64,000 bases of DNA from an uncultured delta proteobacterium (GTDB lineage Bacteria; Desulfobacterota; WTBG01). A program made the position numbers and the translations under genes. The stretch lies in assembly GCA_963793865.1 (NCBI GenBank), contig CAWCBP010000012.1:64001-128000 (forward strand), given 5' to 3'. The notes below the pieces were generated by a model, which had not been told where the DNA came from, searched no databases, and saw only the letters and a program-made list of their open reading frames with translations. Positions 48,071 to 58,832 of this stretch are shown here, piece by piece (the first letter of the stretch is position 1; the number at the start of each line of letters is the position of its first letter).

Positions 48071-49249
48071 TCATGGCATATCTTCTGCCAGTGGCGTCTG
48101 CCCGTTTTCTATAGCCGTAATCACTTCTTCCAGATACGTGAGGGAAGGGGTCCCTGACAGATAGAATCCATTAATGATTATGCCGGGGGTGCTGTTGATG
48201 CCCGCCAGGGCAGCCTCGGTCACATCCTTTTCCACCTCTTCCCTCCTACTGTCATCCTCCAGACACCGGTCAAACCGTACGGTTTCGAGGCCCGCCTGCC
48301 GGGCATATCTGCGCAGGCTTGCGACGTCCAGTTCCTGCTGATTGTCAAAAAGCAGATCATGATAATCCCAGTAGCGGTCCTGATCGTCGGCACATGCCGC
48401 TGCCAGCGCGGCCATGGGGGCGTCAGGGTGGGAAGGGAGCGGAAAGTCCCTGGCAACGATTCGTATGGCCCCTTTCTTTGTAACCAGCAGTTCTTTCAGT
48501 GTTGCGCTTGCCTTTTTGCAGGAGGGACACTGAAAATCAATGAAGGACTGAATGGTGATGGGGGCATCTCTGCGGCCAAGCCAGGGACCATCATCAGGCG
48601 TGAGGTCAAGGCGGAGAAGCGGTGGACGTTTGAGGAGAATTTCAATTCTCGATTGGTCCCGCAGTCCCCGGACAAAGGCTTCCCGTGCCTCGTTGACAGA
48701 AGCGGCCTTTTTCATTTCAACCACCTTGCTTTTAATGGCCTCTATAAACGGAGTGCCGGCACTGCCTGCCGGAAGAGAGATCCCCTCCGCGGCGTCCGGT
48801 GCTTGCATCACCGCAGTCCTTTTGGAAAACGATGGGAAATCATGCTGCATCTTTTTGACAAACTCCTGAAAGAGGGCTTCTTTATCAGATTCAAATGCTT
48901 GTGCCTTTTCTTCCGCCTGCGCAGTGACCATGGCGATAAGTTCATCAGCCTTCATGTTTCTTTTCGCCGCCTCCTGTTCCAGAAGCTTTTGGTCAATGTG
49001 CTGCTGAAGGACCGCCTTCTGCTCCCGGTAGAGACGAACCTCCATCGCCTGCAGCTCAACATTGTATCGCTGCGCCGGGTCATAACCGAGTTCATGCAGG
49101 CGAATTGCCGTTCCATCAATTCGTGCAATCACCCTGTCTCGTGCTTCCGCATCATCCAGGGCAGTTTGCTTGTCACCTGCAATAGAGGTGAATGCTGTAC
49201 CAAGCAAGGCACAGTGGACAACCACTACAAGCGCCGGCATTTTTCTCAT
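48071..49249 (-). CDS. DsbA/thioredoxin-like protein with an N-terminal SurA-like helical region
   Basis: DFQCPSC, RDFPL..H and GINSTP; N-terminal IDQKLLEQEAAKR. Confidence 0.88.
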   Translation of the reverse strand: MRKMPALVVVVHCALLGTAFTSIAGDKQTALDDAEARDRVIARIDGTAIRLHELGYDPAQRYNVELQAMEVRLYREQKAVLQQHIDQKLLEQEAAKRNMKADELIAMVTAQAEEKAQAFESDKEALFQEFVKKMQHDFPSFSKRTAVMQAPDAAEGISLPAGSAGTPFIEAIKSKVVEMKKAASVNEAREAFVRGLRDQSRIEILLKRPPLLRLDLTPDDGPWLGRRDAPITIQSFIDFQCPSCKKASATLKELLVTKKGAIRIVARDFPLPSHPDAPMAALAAACADDQDRYWDYHDLLFDNQQELDVASLRRYARQAGLETVRFDRCLEDDSRREEVEKDVTEAALAGINSTPGIIINGFYLSGTPSLTYLEEVITAIENGQTPLAEDMP

Positions 49250-49338
49250 GGCATTTCCTTTTTTCGTGGGTTTTTTTTCGTCCGGAGTCTGGCCCGGCAC
49301 GCGCTCTCCGCATGCCGCTTTCTTATCCGGAGCATTTA

Positions 49339-50634
49339 TTAACCGGGTTGAGGGAGGTTGTGTTTCATAAGGTTTCTAAAAACAAGCCTGCATAGGGCGG
49401 CAAAGTGATCTTCCATTGCGCGGCAGAACATTTCCTCGGTCAGCGTGTCTGTTTTTGCCCCCTCGAGCAGTGAGTCGAGTTTCTTTATGAATTCATCGCC
49501 ATTTAAAAACTGTATGGAAAATCTGTTCATAAGGTATCCGGCAAGATTGCGGGTCCGAACCGTGTCCCACGTGTAACGTTCTTGAATAAAAGCTGTTTTC
49601 TCTTCCATGTCTTCGCTGTAAGAAACACCGGCGGGATAGGCCGCGTATTCCGGATGCGGCTCCCGGCCGGGTACGGCTGCTGCCTTGAATTGTTGTATGC
49701 GCGCCTCAAGCAGGCGGGTAAAGGCAGATGTGCCTGACTCCATAAAACTCTCCTCCATGACCCGGTAGAAAACGCCCTCGTCTATGTGCGTTCCCCCCGC
49801 CCGCGCCAACCGCTGCTCGAGACGTTCCGCGAAATCGTCAATCAAGTGTTGCGAAGGAAGCTTGTTGACAAGCGCCCAGGCACGTTTTTCGGCCTGCTGA
49901 TCCTTCCATGCATAGTGCTTCTTCAGCTGCGCGATTTTCTTCTCCACCGTTTCCTCCCGCGGGCAGGTTTTTGTTCCTGAAGCGCTGCTGCCCGTCCAAA
50001 ATGCGTAGCAGGTATAATCAGGCAGAACATGGATTGCCTGTAGCGTTTCCATGGTTGCCCAGAAAAATATGAAAGAGGGGAGCATACATGCCAGCCGGGC
50101 GTTATTGCTGCCTGCCCGGAAGGTTTTATAAAGCATGAGGAGCGCGATGAGTAAAAAGACCAGACCTGTTCCCGCGGTGACGACCGTACGAAGGGTGGGA
50201 ATATAATCCTGCAGCACTTTTCCCCCATTGATCAGGAAGGCATGAAGCAGCCAGACACATCCGAAATGGCCGAGCGCGAAGCGCATGCCGATTGGCAGCG
50301 CCCTTTTGTAAATAATACAGGAAATGAGAAGAATGCAGGGAATGAGCATGACAGCGGCATCAGGTGTAACCAGCGATAATATTTGCTCGTGCTCCAGAAG
50401 TTCGCCGAAGAAGCACCAGAGGAAGAAGCCGGCTACAATTCCCCAGACTGCCTCCTTTTTCTTTTCAGCGCCTCCTGAGGCCTTCCAGAGGGTGACGACC
50501 ACCGAGATGAATAATATTGCCGCCAGGGCGGTCGTTGCCGAAAGGCCCATCCCGTAGGCCATGGACATGCAGAAATGGCCGAGAAAATAGATGCCATAGA
50601 AGAGGGTGAAGTACGCGAGAACAAATGGGATCAT
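49339..50634 (-). CDS. Multi-pass membrane protein with two C-terminal YxW helical repeats
   Basis: About seven hydrophobic segments, then KKHYAW...FYRVME and QERYTW...FCRAME. Confidence 0.8.
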   Translation of the reverse strand: MIPFVLAYFTLFYGIYFLGHFCMSMAYGMGLSATTALAAILFISVVVTLWKASGGAEKKKEAVWGIVAGFFLWCFFGELLEHEQILSLVTPDAAVMLIPCILLISCIIYKRALPIGMRFALGHFGCVWLLHAFLINGGKVLQDYIPTLRTVVTAGTGLVFLLIALLMLYKTFRAGSNNARLACMLPSFIFFWATMETLQAIHVLPDYTCYAFWTGSSASGTKTCPREETVEKKIAQLKKHYAWKDQQAEKRAWALVNKLPSQHLIDDFAERLEQRLARAGGTHIDEGVFYRVMEESFMESGTSAFTRLLEARIQQFKAAAVPGREPHPEYAAYPAGVSYSEDMEEKTAFIQERYTWDTVRTRNLAGYLMNRFSIQFLNGDEFIKKLDSLLEGAKTDTLTEEMFCRAMEDHFAALCRLVFRNLMKHNLPQPG

Positions 50635-50669
50635 GATTCCTGCCTTCCTTCTTTGTGCATCACGTTTGG

Positions 50670-51473
50670 CTAGAACCCGTTGCGGGAGTTGTCGTCCCGC
50701 TCATGTGCCCTGCTGTTGTGGTAGTGTTGGCTCAATCGCCTGACCTGCTGCATCATGAGCGGTGCAACATCGGGCGGAGCGGCGGCTTCGATTGCCTGGT
50801 AAAACGCCGCTGCGTTTAAAGGGGCGGTTCTTTCAGGCCCGCAGATTTTGTCGAGTTCCTTTACAATTCCGTCCAGCCCGAAATCTTTCGCCTCATCGGG
50901 CATTGCCTCCAGAAGATACAGTGCCCATTCGCGTGTTTCGTCATCTTCCCACAGGTAGCGGTCTTTAAAGGATGAGATCTTTTGCGAATATCCGTCACGC
51001 GGGGTGGAGGGCGCTGTGATATCTTCGCCTGGCTCATGCTGCCGTGCAGGTGGATCAGTACCGGGATTGCTGAATGCCGCCCCCGCCATTCCGCCGTTTG
51101 CAAAAATAATGACCTCTGTAATCGATTGACGGCGGCGGTCCCTGTCGCTGTAGCGGACGAGGTAATTTTTTGCCCCGGCTGCCTTGAGCAGTATCTTAAT
51201 GGCCTGTTCGAGCGGAAGGTCTTTAACGTGAATGCTGATGGGGTTAAACAGATGGTATGCTCCCCGACAGGTGATGTTTACCCGGCATGTATCACCCAGA
51301 GTCCCGAGAAGGGTTTCAAGAGGCGCATCCAAAGCATTTACGGAAACGACGTACCCCTGGGGGATCTCTTTCACTGTCACTTCGGGCCCTGACTGTACCG
51401 TGAGGGCACCGGCAGCAGGTAATGCAGCTACCGAAAAAGCGAAGATGAAAAGGAAAAGAGCCTGTTTCAGCAT
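50670..51473 (-). CDS. Exported protein: secretin/TonB N0 (STN)-like domain plus one YxW repeat
   Basis: Signal peptide; SVNALDAPLETLL..L....ISIHVKDLPLEQAI..LL; KDRYLW...FYQAIE. Confidence 0.75.
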   Translation of the reverse strand: MLKQALFLFIFAFSVAALPAAGALTVQSGPEVTVKEIPQGYVVSVNALDAPLETLLGTLGDTCRVNITCRGAYHLFNPISIHVKDLPLEQAIKILLKAAGAKNYLVRYSDRDRRRQSITEVIIFANGGMAGAAFSNPGTDPPARQHEPGEDITAPSTPRDGYSQKISSFKDRYLWEDDETREWALYLLEAMPDEAKDFGLDGIVKELDKICGPERTAPLNAAAFYQAIEAAAPPDVAPLMMQQVRRLSQHYHNSRAHERDDNSRNGF

Positions 51474-51507
51474 ATGTTGAGCATTTCTCGCACAGAGCAT
51501 GATACAA

Positions 51508-52362
51508 TCATCGTATGGGGTAATGGGCACTTGTCATCAGGTAACTGGCCGCAATGCAAAAAGAGGAGACGGCGGCACCAAAGGCGGTTATGGACAGGAC
51601 GGCGCTCGCGGTCCTGTCCCACCAGCGCTGATACCTGCCGTGGAGTATGAGCGCGTAGAGGAGCCACATGATCAGGCTTGCCGTCTCCACCGGATCCCAG
51701 CTCCAGTAGTGTCCCCAGATGATCCTGGCCCGGTACGCGCCGGTTGCCATTGCCATGCTGAAGAGTATAAAACCTACCGCCATGGCTTTATAGCCGATGT
51801 CGTCCAGTACCTGCGGCATCGGAAGCCGGTTAAGCATTGCCTGCGGCAGCGCCATGAGTTTTAACCGCTCTTTGGCAATGATCAGGAGTGCTGCTACACA
51901 GGCGATGAGAAAGGCGGCCAGGCTCATAATGCAGCTTGTAACATGATATGCCAGCACATTGCCCTTGAGAACCGGGGGGAGCGCCTCTATGCCGGGCGAG
52001 ATCCCGATTGAGCCGGATGCAGAGAGCATGGCAAGCGAAATAAAGGGCAGGATAAAAACTCCAAGCGCTTTTGTCCTGCAAACACGTTCGAGGGCAAGAT
52101 ACATCAGGGTCAGCGACCAGCAGGCAAAGACGATGGTTTCGTAAAGGGTAAAGAACGAGAGAGGACTGTGACCCATGCCGAGCTGATACGACTCAAACCA
52201 CCGCAGCGCGTAGGCGGCGGTGTGAGCAAGGAATCCGGCAACGGTCATGCCGGTTGCGGCTCTCCCGATTGCCCCCAGGCGAAAGAAGAAGTAGCAGCTA
52301 TACGCCAGCGATGAAAAAAGATAGACGTAAGAAACCGCACTGAAAAGCGCCACATTTATCAT
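51508..52362 (-). CDS. ccsA: System II cytochrome c maturation heme lyase CcsA/ResC
   Basis: GH.P...LYE, YH, and the WWD domain WGHYWSWDPVET...W..Y...LH. Confidence 0.9.
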   Translation of the reverse strand: MINVALFSAVSYVYLFSSLAYSCYFFFRLGAIGRAATGMTVAGFLAHTAAYALRWFESYQLGMGHSPLSFFTLYETIVFACWSLTLMYLALERVCRTKALGVFILPFISLAMLSASGSIGISPGIEALPPVLKGNVLAYHVTSCIMSLAAFLIACVAALLIIAKERLKLMALPQAMLNRLPMPQVLDDIGYKAMAVGFILFSMAMATGAYRARIIWGHYWSWDPVETASLIMWLLYALILHGRYQRWWDRTASAVLSITAFGAAVSSFCIAASYLMTSAHYPIR

Positions 52363-52422
52363 GTCCTTCCCCCTGTTACCCCTTATAACCGTTGCATGCC
52401 TGAAATATGAGCGGCACGAAAA

Positions 52423-53859
52423 TCAGGCAGCCCGGTATTGCAAGGCCAGCTTCTTGATGAGGCCGGCATAGTGTTCCAGGACATCCGGGTTGCGGCTGGC
52501 CCAGCCGGCAACCGTTACGCAGTAGTCGCCGCCGCCGTTTTCGATCGCTATCCAAATCTTTCGGTGAGCAAGCATAAACATCAGGGAAAAGCCGGCAATG
52601 GCAATCCCCGCGCCGGTCCAGATGAGACCTGCTCCCGGCTCGGTGCTGACGATGAGGCGCATGAAGCTGGATGCGCTTTCACAAGCTTCGATGCCGTCAA
52701 GGCGGAACTCATACTCTTTATCCCATGGTTGTGCGGGTCTCCCGGCATGAGCGGTGACCCGCGGTTTATAGAGGAGAGCGTTGTTATTCCCGTATACCTC
52801 AAGTGTGACCATGCATGATGCCTGGCAGGCAGACGATGTTTTCTGAAAAGAATCCGCGTGGAAATGATGGCTGAAGAAAATATCTTTCAGGCGAACGGTG
52901 TGTCCCGTCTCCGGAATGGTACAGCACTGATAGCGCTTCAGGGTAAATGACCTGCGCTTGCCGACTCCTTGTGGTGACAGGATTGACAGGATTATTTGAT
53001 GGCTGTCCTTGCCGGGAGATCGTGACTGACTGATGCGAATGCCGTCCCTGGTAATGGTCCGGTATCCCTCCAGCTTCTCCCGTACTTCTTTTTTGTCTTC
53101 CTGCAACAGCGTGACCTTCGTTTGATATATTGCTTGAGAATGATCGCTGCTTCCCGATGTTGATCCGACCGGCTCGCATTCGTCAAGCCTGATGGCGTAG
53201 TCAAGCCTTCTAAAGCATGGGTTGCCGTTTTCTTTGAAGAAAACCCTGTCGTCGCTTTCTCCCTCTCTGAGATACATCTCGCCTGATTGCGAGTAACTTC
53301 CCCAAAACCCCCCTGCCAGCACCATCAGAAGGCCGCTGTGCGCCAGGTAAAATCCCCCATGGTAAAGCCTGCCCCGCTGGCAGAAAAAAACAGATCCGGT
53401 TGTGCTGTGGTGTACCGATGGTCTGGATAGTTTTTTGGCCAGAAGACTGTAAAGGGCCGGGTAGAATCCCTCCCGCAGGAAGGCCACAGTAAAGGTATCC
53501 CGGAAAAGCGGTGAAGACGGCATTGTGCGTCTCTCCGCAGACCTGCTGAGAGAAAGAGCCTTGAGCGTTCCCGGTATGCGTTTTGCCATGCAGGCAATCA
53601 GGTTCAGGATAAACAGGATGAGCAGCATTTTGAAAAAGCGGGAGGCATCAACATCAGTGGAAAAGCAACCATTAAGAAGATTGCTGACACTGCCGCTTCC
53701 GGGCAGATGAATAGCTCTAACAAAGGAAATAATCCCGCCCTTCATGAGATCCGCAAGCATGGTGAGTAAAAACATGACCAGCAGAATAATGGTAAAGTTG
53801 ATTGAAGATATAAAAGTGAAGATGCGGTTTAGAATCCTTTTCACGCCGTCCCTGCGCAC
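52423..53859 (-). CDS. resB: System II cytochrome c maturation protein ResB/CcsB
   Basis: F..LL..F.LNLI.C...RIP, G.Y.AH.G.L..L.GG, EPG and H.KIW. Confidence 0.85.
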   Translation of the reverse strand: MRRDGVKRILNRIFTFISSINFTIILLVMFLLTMLADLMKGGIISFVRAIHLPGSGSVSNLLNGCFSTDVDASRFFKMLLILFILNLIACMAKRIPGTLKALSLSRSAERRTMPSSPLFRDTFTVAFLREGFYPALYSLLAKKLSRPSVHHSTTGSVFFCQRGRLYHGGFYLAHSGLLMVLAGGFWGSYSQSGEMYLREGESDDRVFFKENGNPCFRRLDYAIRLDECEPVGSTSGSSDHSQAIYQTKVTLLQEDKKEVREKLEGYRTITRDGIRISQSRSPGKDSHQIILSILSPQGVGKRRSFTLKRYQCCTIPETGHTVRLKDIFFSHHFHADSFQKTSSACQASCMVTLEVYGNNNALLYKPRVTAHAGRPAQPWDKEYEFRLDGIEACESASSFMRLIVSTEPGAGLIWTGAGIAIAGFSLMFMLAHRKIWIAIENGGGDYCVTVAGWASRNPDVLEHYAGLIKKLALQYRAA

Positions 53860-53868
53860 CAGGCTTTG

Positions 53869-55367
53869 CTATCCTGACCTGGCGCATGAATACAATTCTC
53901 TGTTTTGAATCATTGGCAACTCGTTTTTGAGATTACCTTGTTGGATTTCGTGAGGCATGGATCCCATGGCGGACATGTGATTGCGCAGAAAGGAGTTTTG
54001 CATCATGGCCTTTAATCCCTTGAAAAGCATGCTCTTCTTACATTCATCCTCCAGCGCATTCCACTGCGGCAGTTTTTTTTGATAGTATGTTTTGTAGCAC
54101 CGCAATGCCTCCTGAAATACTTCATCGCGGGTCATGCTGCGCGGTTTTATGACGGGGTTACCAGGTTGTAGTTGCTGTAGTCCCAGTCCTCGATATAGGG
54201 TTTCAGATCCCGGTATATGTCAGCATAAGGCCAGGGGGTTATCATGAGGAAATGAGGATTATCCGCGTTATAGTGTTGAGCCAGATCGAGGGTCTTCTGT
54301 ATCGATTGTGGCGTCTCGTGTGGCAGGCCCAGGATAAAAGAGCACTCGGTTATGATATGGTGCTCGTTCAGAAGCCGGATGGCCTCGCGGCATTCCCGGC
54401 AGGTCTGGGATTTTTTAAAGATATCAAGAACCGTCTGGTCCGCCGACTCGACGCCGATGAACATATGAACGATGCCGGCCTTGCGATACTTGAAGAGAAT
54501 GTCTTTATCTCTGACAATATCTCCGGCGCGGGTCTCGGCCAGCAGGTATATGCCCAGGTCTTTTTCTATCAGCAGGTCCAGGATTGCCTCCCAGCGTTCC
54601 CGGTCGCAGGTGGGATATTCATCAGCAATGAAAAAGGCGTTCACGCCAAAGCGGTGAAAGAGGTATTCTATTTCCCCGACAAAGTTTTGCGGACTCCTCG
54701 CGCGATAGGACTGCTGCCAGAATTTCTGCTGTGAACAGAAAGCGCAGCTGTTGCCGCAACCTCGCGAAGAGGAAACAAGGGCCACCTTTGCATCCTCAAG
54801 GAAGCTCAGGTAGTAGTCTTCCCAGCAAAGAAGATCCCAGGCAGGAGAGAGCGAATCAAGGTCATCCATAAATTCCCTTTGTGGTGTCATGATAATCTTT
54901 CCACCCTTCCGGTATGCAATCCCTTTAACCTCTGACAGTTGCCTGTTTCCCTCAATGGCGTCCAACAGTTCCGTGGTTGTATATTCGCCTTCCCACCTGA
55001 CAATGTAATCAATGACCCCGTTTCCCTGCTGCAGGGTTTCTTCGGGCATCATGGTGGGGTGGATGCCGCCGATGATGGTTATGATCTGCGGATCGATGGA
55101 TTTGGCCAGGGCGAGCACCCGGGTGGCATCGCGGATGGTGGCGGTATAGGCGGTGGAGCCGACGATATCCGGCCGTGACTCGGTGATGCGCTTGCTGATG
55201 TCCACATAGGTGTGGTCCTTTGCCATGGCGTCATAGATTTCAACTTCGTGCCCGGCATTTCTCAGCTCACCGGCTATATAAAGGAACCCCAGGTTGGCCC
55301 ACCTTCCCGCCGATTCAACCACCCCGCAGTGATAGGGCGGGGTAATAAGCAGTATCTTCTTTCCCAT
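53869..55367 (-). CDS. Cobalamin-dependent radical SAM enzyme (frameshift near 54150)
   Basis: B12-binding N-terminus (LG.LY.AG, GG.HPT), SSRGCGNSCAFC and GVES; continues into ORF 53869-54135. Confidence 0.9.
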
Positions 55368-55421
55368 GCATTTCCTCCCTGAATGCAATGCCACTCTTCA
55401 GCACTGGCGCATTACTGCATG

Positions 55422-55437
55422 GCAACAAGCGTGCCAG
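55422..55437 (-). promoter_or_regulatory. Sigma-54 promoter of the radical SAM-ResB-CcsA operon
   Basis: Minus strand CTGGCACGCTTGTTGC, an exact TGGCACG-N4-TTGC, about 55 nt upstream of the ATG. Confidence 0.85.
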
Positions 55438-55660
55438 GGAAGAAAATGCGGACAAGACCGCTTTAATCCCGTGATGTCAAAACTGTTTTTTTATGAGGGA
55501 GCGGTTTTAAGAGAGGATGTAGTGGAAAGAGATGCAGGAGTGGTTGTAGCCCGATTAGTACAGGCTCAGGAAAAGTAATTGCCCAACTGCGGGAAAAGGT
55601 TTTACTAAATAGAGGCTGTACGATAGGTCAACAGTGCGTAAAAGGATATATACGAGACTT

Positions 55661-55954
55661 GGGGACGTTGTTGACTAAGTGGAATAAGTTGTGCCGCTCA
55701 AGAATCGCATAGACCACGAACGATACCCTGCCCTCAGAACAATCTGCTTAAAATCCTGTCAGTATCCTGCCTGTAACACCATTCATCCAACAGCTTTTTC
55801 CCGAAACATGAACCCTACAGAGAGCATTGAATACAAGCAAGGATGATCGCAATCATGTTATATAAACGCCGGGTTAATAAAGACACTTGCCGCTGCTCTT
55901 GCGAATGAACTAAATTAAATCAAAGGTCAATTCCACTTAGTCAACAACGTCCCC
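55661..55954. mobile_element. 294-bp MITE-like element, copy 1
   Basis: Perfect 25-bp TIR GGGGACGTTGTTGACTAAGTGGAAT/ATTCCACTTAGTCAACAACGTCCCC; no ORF. Confidence 0.85.
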
Positions 55955-56013
55955 AATTATGGTTTTTGTATAAAACATATTGACATTTGTAAATTGAAAG
56001 ATACAATTGCAAT

Positions 56014-57183
56014 ATGCAAACTTATATTCCCCGCCGCATCCAATCACAGATAAAAGAACACCTCATCAATTTCCCGGTAGTTGCCATCCTGGGGCCGCGG
56101 CAATGCGGCAAATCGACATTAGCCCGCGCCATGGTACAGAAATACAGAAACAGTGTTTATCTGGATCTGGAGCGCCCATCTGATGTAAGGAAACTTCAGG
56201 ATCCCGAGCTCTTTTTTAACATGTATGAGGATAACTTAATCTGCCTGGATGAAATACAGCGGACTCCGGATATTTTCCCGGTGATGAGAAGTATTGTTGA
56301 TGAGCATAAGAAAAAGGGTCATTTTTTGATTCTGGGCTCAGCCTCCCGCGACCTGATAAAGCAGAGTTCCGAATCACTGGCAGGTAGAATTGCATATATG
56401 GAGCTGACACCCTTTGTATACCCCGAGCTTGCCGCCGTAAAGAAAAAAGCGGTCAGCGGTCTTGAGAAATTATGGTTGCGGGGGGGCTTCCCAGAAAGTG
56501 TGCTTGCGCGCAATAATGAAGCAAGCATGCAGTGGCGAGAAAATTTTATCCGGACGTTTCTTGAACGGGACATCCCCCAGCTGGGATTTCAAATTCCCGC
56601 CCAGGCAATGCAACGATTGTGGAGAATGATCGCGCATAATCACGGGCAGGTTCTCAACGCTTCGAAACTGGGTCAGTCGCTCGGCATCAGCCATACAACC
56701 GCCCGCTCCTACATTGATCTCTTGTCACAAACATTTATGGTAAGAATCCTGAGCCCTTTCATACCGAATGTTAAAAAGCGATTGATTAAATCACCGAAAG
56801 TTTACATCAGGGATTCGGGAATATTGCACGCGCTTTTGGAAATTGAAACCATGGATCACCTTCTCGGTCATCCTGTCTATGGCTTTTCATGGGAGGGTTT
56901 TGTAATCGAGAATATCCTTTCCTTTCTTCCTGACTGGAAAGCGGCTTTCTACAGGACCTCATCAGGCAACGAAATCGACCTGATTATCGAGAAAGGCAGG
57001 AAACGGCTCGCCATAGAGTGTAAGGCTTCCTCGGCGCCGTCAGCTTCCAAGGGCTTGGACTTGGCGCTGCAGGAACTTCACATTGAAACGGCATGGATTA
57101 TAGCGCCCGTTGCTGAGGCGTTTCCCATAAGCAAAAATATTACCGTATCGCCCCTCATGCATTTTCTTAAAGCCGTACAATAA
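56014..57183 (+). CDS. AAA_14 ATPase with DUF4143/PD-(D/E)xK-like C-terminus
   Basis: GPRQCGKST, LDEIQ, LGSAS, SESLAGR, RGGFP, SPKVY.RDSG and EIDL...AIECK. Confidence 0.9.
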   Translation: MQTYIPRRIQSQIKEHLINFPVVAILGPRQCGKSTLARAMVQKYRNSVYLDLERPSDVRKLQDPELFFNMYEDNLICLDEIQRTPDIFPVMRSIVDEHKKKGHFLILGSASRDLIKQSSESLAGRIAYMELTPFVYPELAAVKKKAVSGLEKLWLRGGFPESVLARNNEASMQWRENFIRTFLERDIPQLGFQIPAQAMQRLWRMIAHNHGQVLNASKLGQSLGISHTTARSYIDLLSQTFMVRILSPFIPNVKKRLIKSPKVYIRDSGILHALLEIETMDHLLGHPVYGFSWEGFVIENILSFLPDWKAAFYRTSSGNEIDLIIEKGRKRLAIECKASSAPSASKGLDLALQELHIETAWIIAPVAEAFPISKNITVSPLMHFLKAVQ

Positions 57184-57409
57184 AAACTGTCCAGCCTGTG
57201 CCAGGTGCTTGAGTGAAGAATAATTGCTTTTTTAACCTCGGAAAAGCTATTATTGGGCCATTATAGGTGGCAAATAGGGAGCTTAAGAAAATAATATCAA
57301 CCGGTTAGCTTGGCCCGACCCCATGTGATGCATGCTCCATTTAAGCATGGTGTCCCAGGAACTTTAAACGGCGCCTCACTGCCCTCTGCAAACAGGTCGT
57401 GCACGATGC

Positions 57410-58454
57410 TTATTGATCCTGAAAATAACCGCCTGCTCTCCAGTCGCTAATCCCTGTTGCACTTCGGGAAGCTCCCCCACTCTCACTTGCAGAGTCACCC
57501 TTGCAGTATTGCCTAATCCCCCGCTCACGCTGGAACCAGCACCGCTTGCTGTATTGAGTCCTCCTCCGCTTACGCTGGAATATGCTTCGCTCGTGCGATC
57601 TGACAAATCCGGATCTCCTGCTAAGTTCAAAGAGTCTCCCAGCACCGTTGAATAGTTTGCAAATGCCGTATTTCCACTTAATGCCGTATCGTAACCACCA
57701 CCGCCCACAAAGGCATAATCCCCGCTGGCCACATTATACCTGCCCCCGCTTACGCTGGCAGCCTCGCCGCTTGCAGCGTTATCAGATCCTCCGCTGACGC
57801 TCGCATATTGACCGCTTGCCTGGTTGTTATACCCTCCGCTCACGCTGGAATAAGTATTGCTCGCTCTATTTGCTGATCCGCCGCTTACACTGGCATGCTG
57901 GCCGCTTGCCGTATTGCCACATCCTCCACTCACGCTGGCATAGGGTCCGGAAATGGTATTGCTGATGCCTGTTACCATTCCCCCATACGAAGAATAATTA
58001 TGCCATCTGCCGACCACAACATTGTGTGAACCAGTGCGAACATCCCCGCTGCCGCGAAGCTCGTTGTAGCTTACAATCAGGTTTCCCAGACCATTGATTG
58101 GTTCACCGGTATTGCCGCTGCCGTTTACAATCTGTACATTCACTCCGCTGAACCGGATCGTATCCTGTCCGTTCACGAGCAGTCTTGTTACATTGGCCAG
58201 CAGCGCTTCTAGTTGCGTAATCCTCATTTCCAGTTGCTCGGCGGTCTGGCACTCGATCACCGGGCAGGGATCCAGCAATGAACTTCTGCCGAAATCCGAC
58301 TTGAACACGAAGGCATCGGTACCATCCTGGTCCAGATCATTATCGAAATTGCCCTCACAGTAGTCGATTGGTTGTGCCATGACGACAGGCACTGATGATG
58401 AAAACAAAAAAGCTGCTGCTACCGCAAAGACCATCTTCCCATCAACCGTTTCAT
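57410..58454 (-). CDS. Secreted protein: dockerin-like N-domain, coiled coil and SVSGGxxNxASG repeats (two apparent indels)
   Basis: CEGNFDNDLDQDGTDAFVFKSDFGRS; the corrected C-terminus DWRAGGYFQDQ* at 57410 matches the paralogs. Confidence 0.85.
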
Positions 58455-58832
58455 CGTCGTACCCCCATAAAAAATCCCCGCTTCATTCCATGACCACCAT
58501 GGTCTAAGAAAAAGCGGGGTGTTTTCTTGCAAAAGGCTTTGAGGACACTTCATTCCCCTCCCGGCTCTTAATGCATTATAATCTAATCATAAAATGTCTC
58601 CATTTTCAAGGCCAAATCTGAAACCCGGCTTTGTGATACTGGTTCGGTTGTGGGATCGAACGTAGCCACATGCTGTCAGCTTGTGCCTCCCTTGTGCAGC
58701 TGATTGTACAGAAGCACCATAAGTACGCAGGCTGAAGCCTGCGACTACTGCCTTCTGACACCGGCATTCTGATTGTAAAGATTTCTCGCTGAGCTCGAAA
58801 TGACAAAACGGGTGTGTTCCCAGTAAAAAGAA

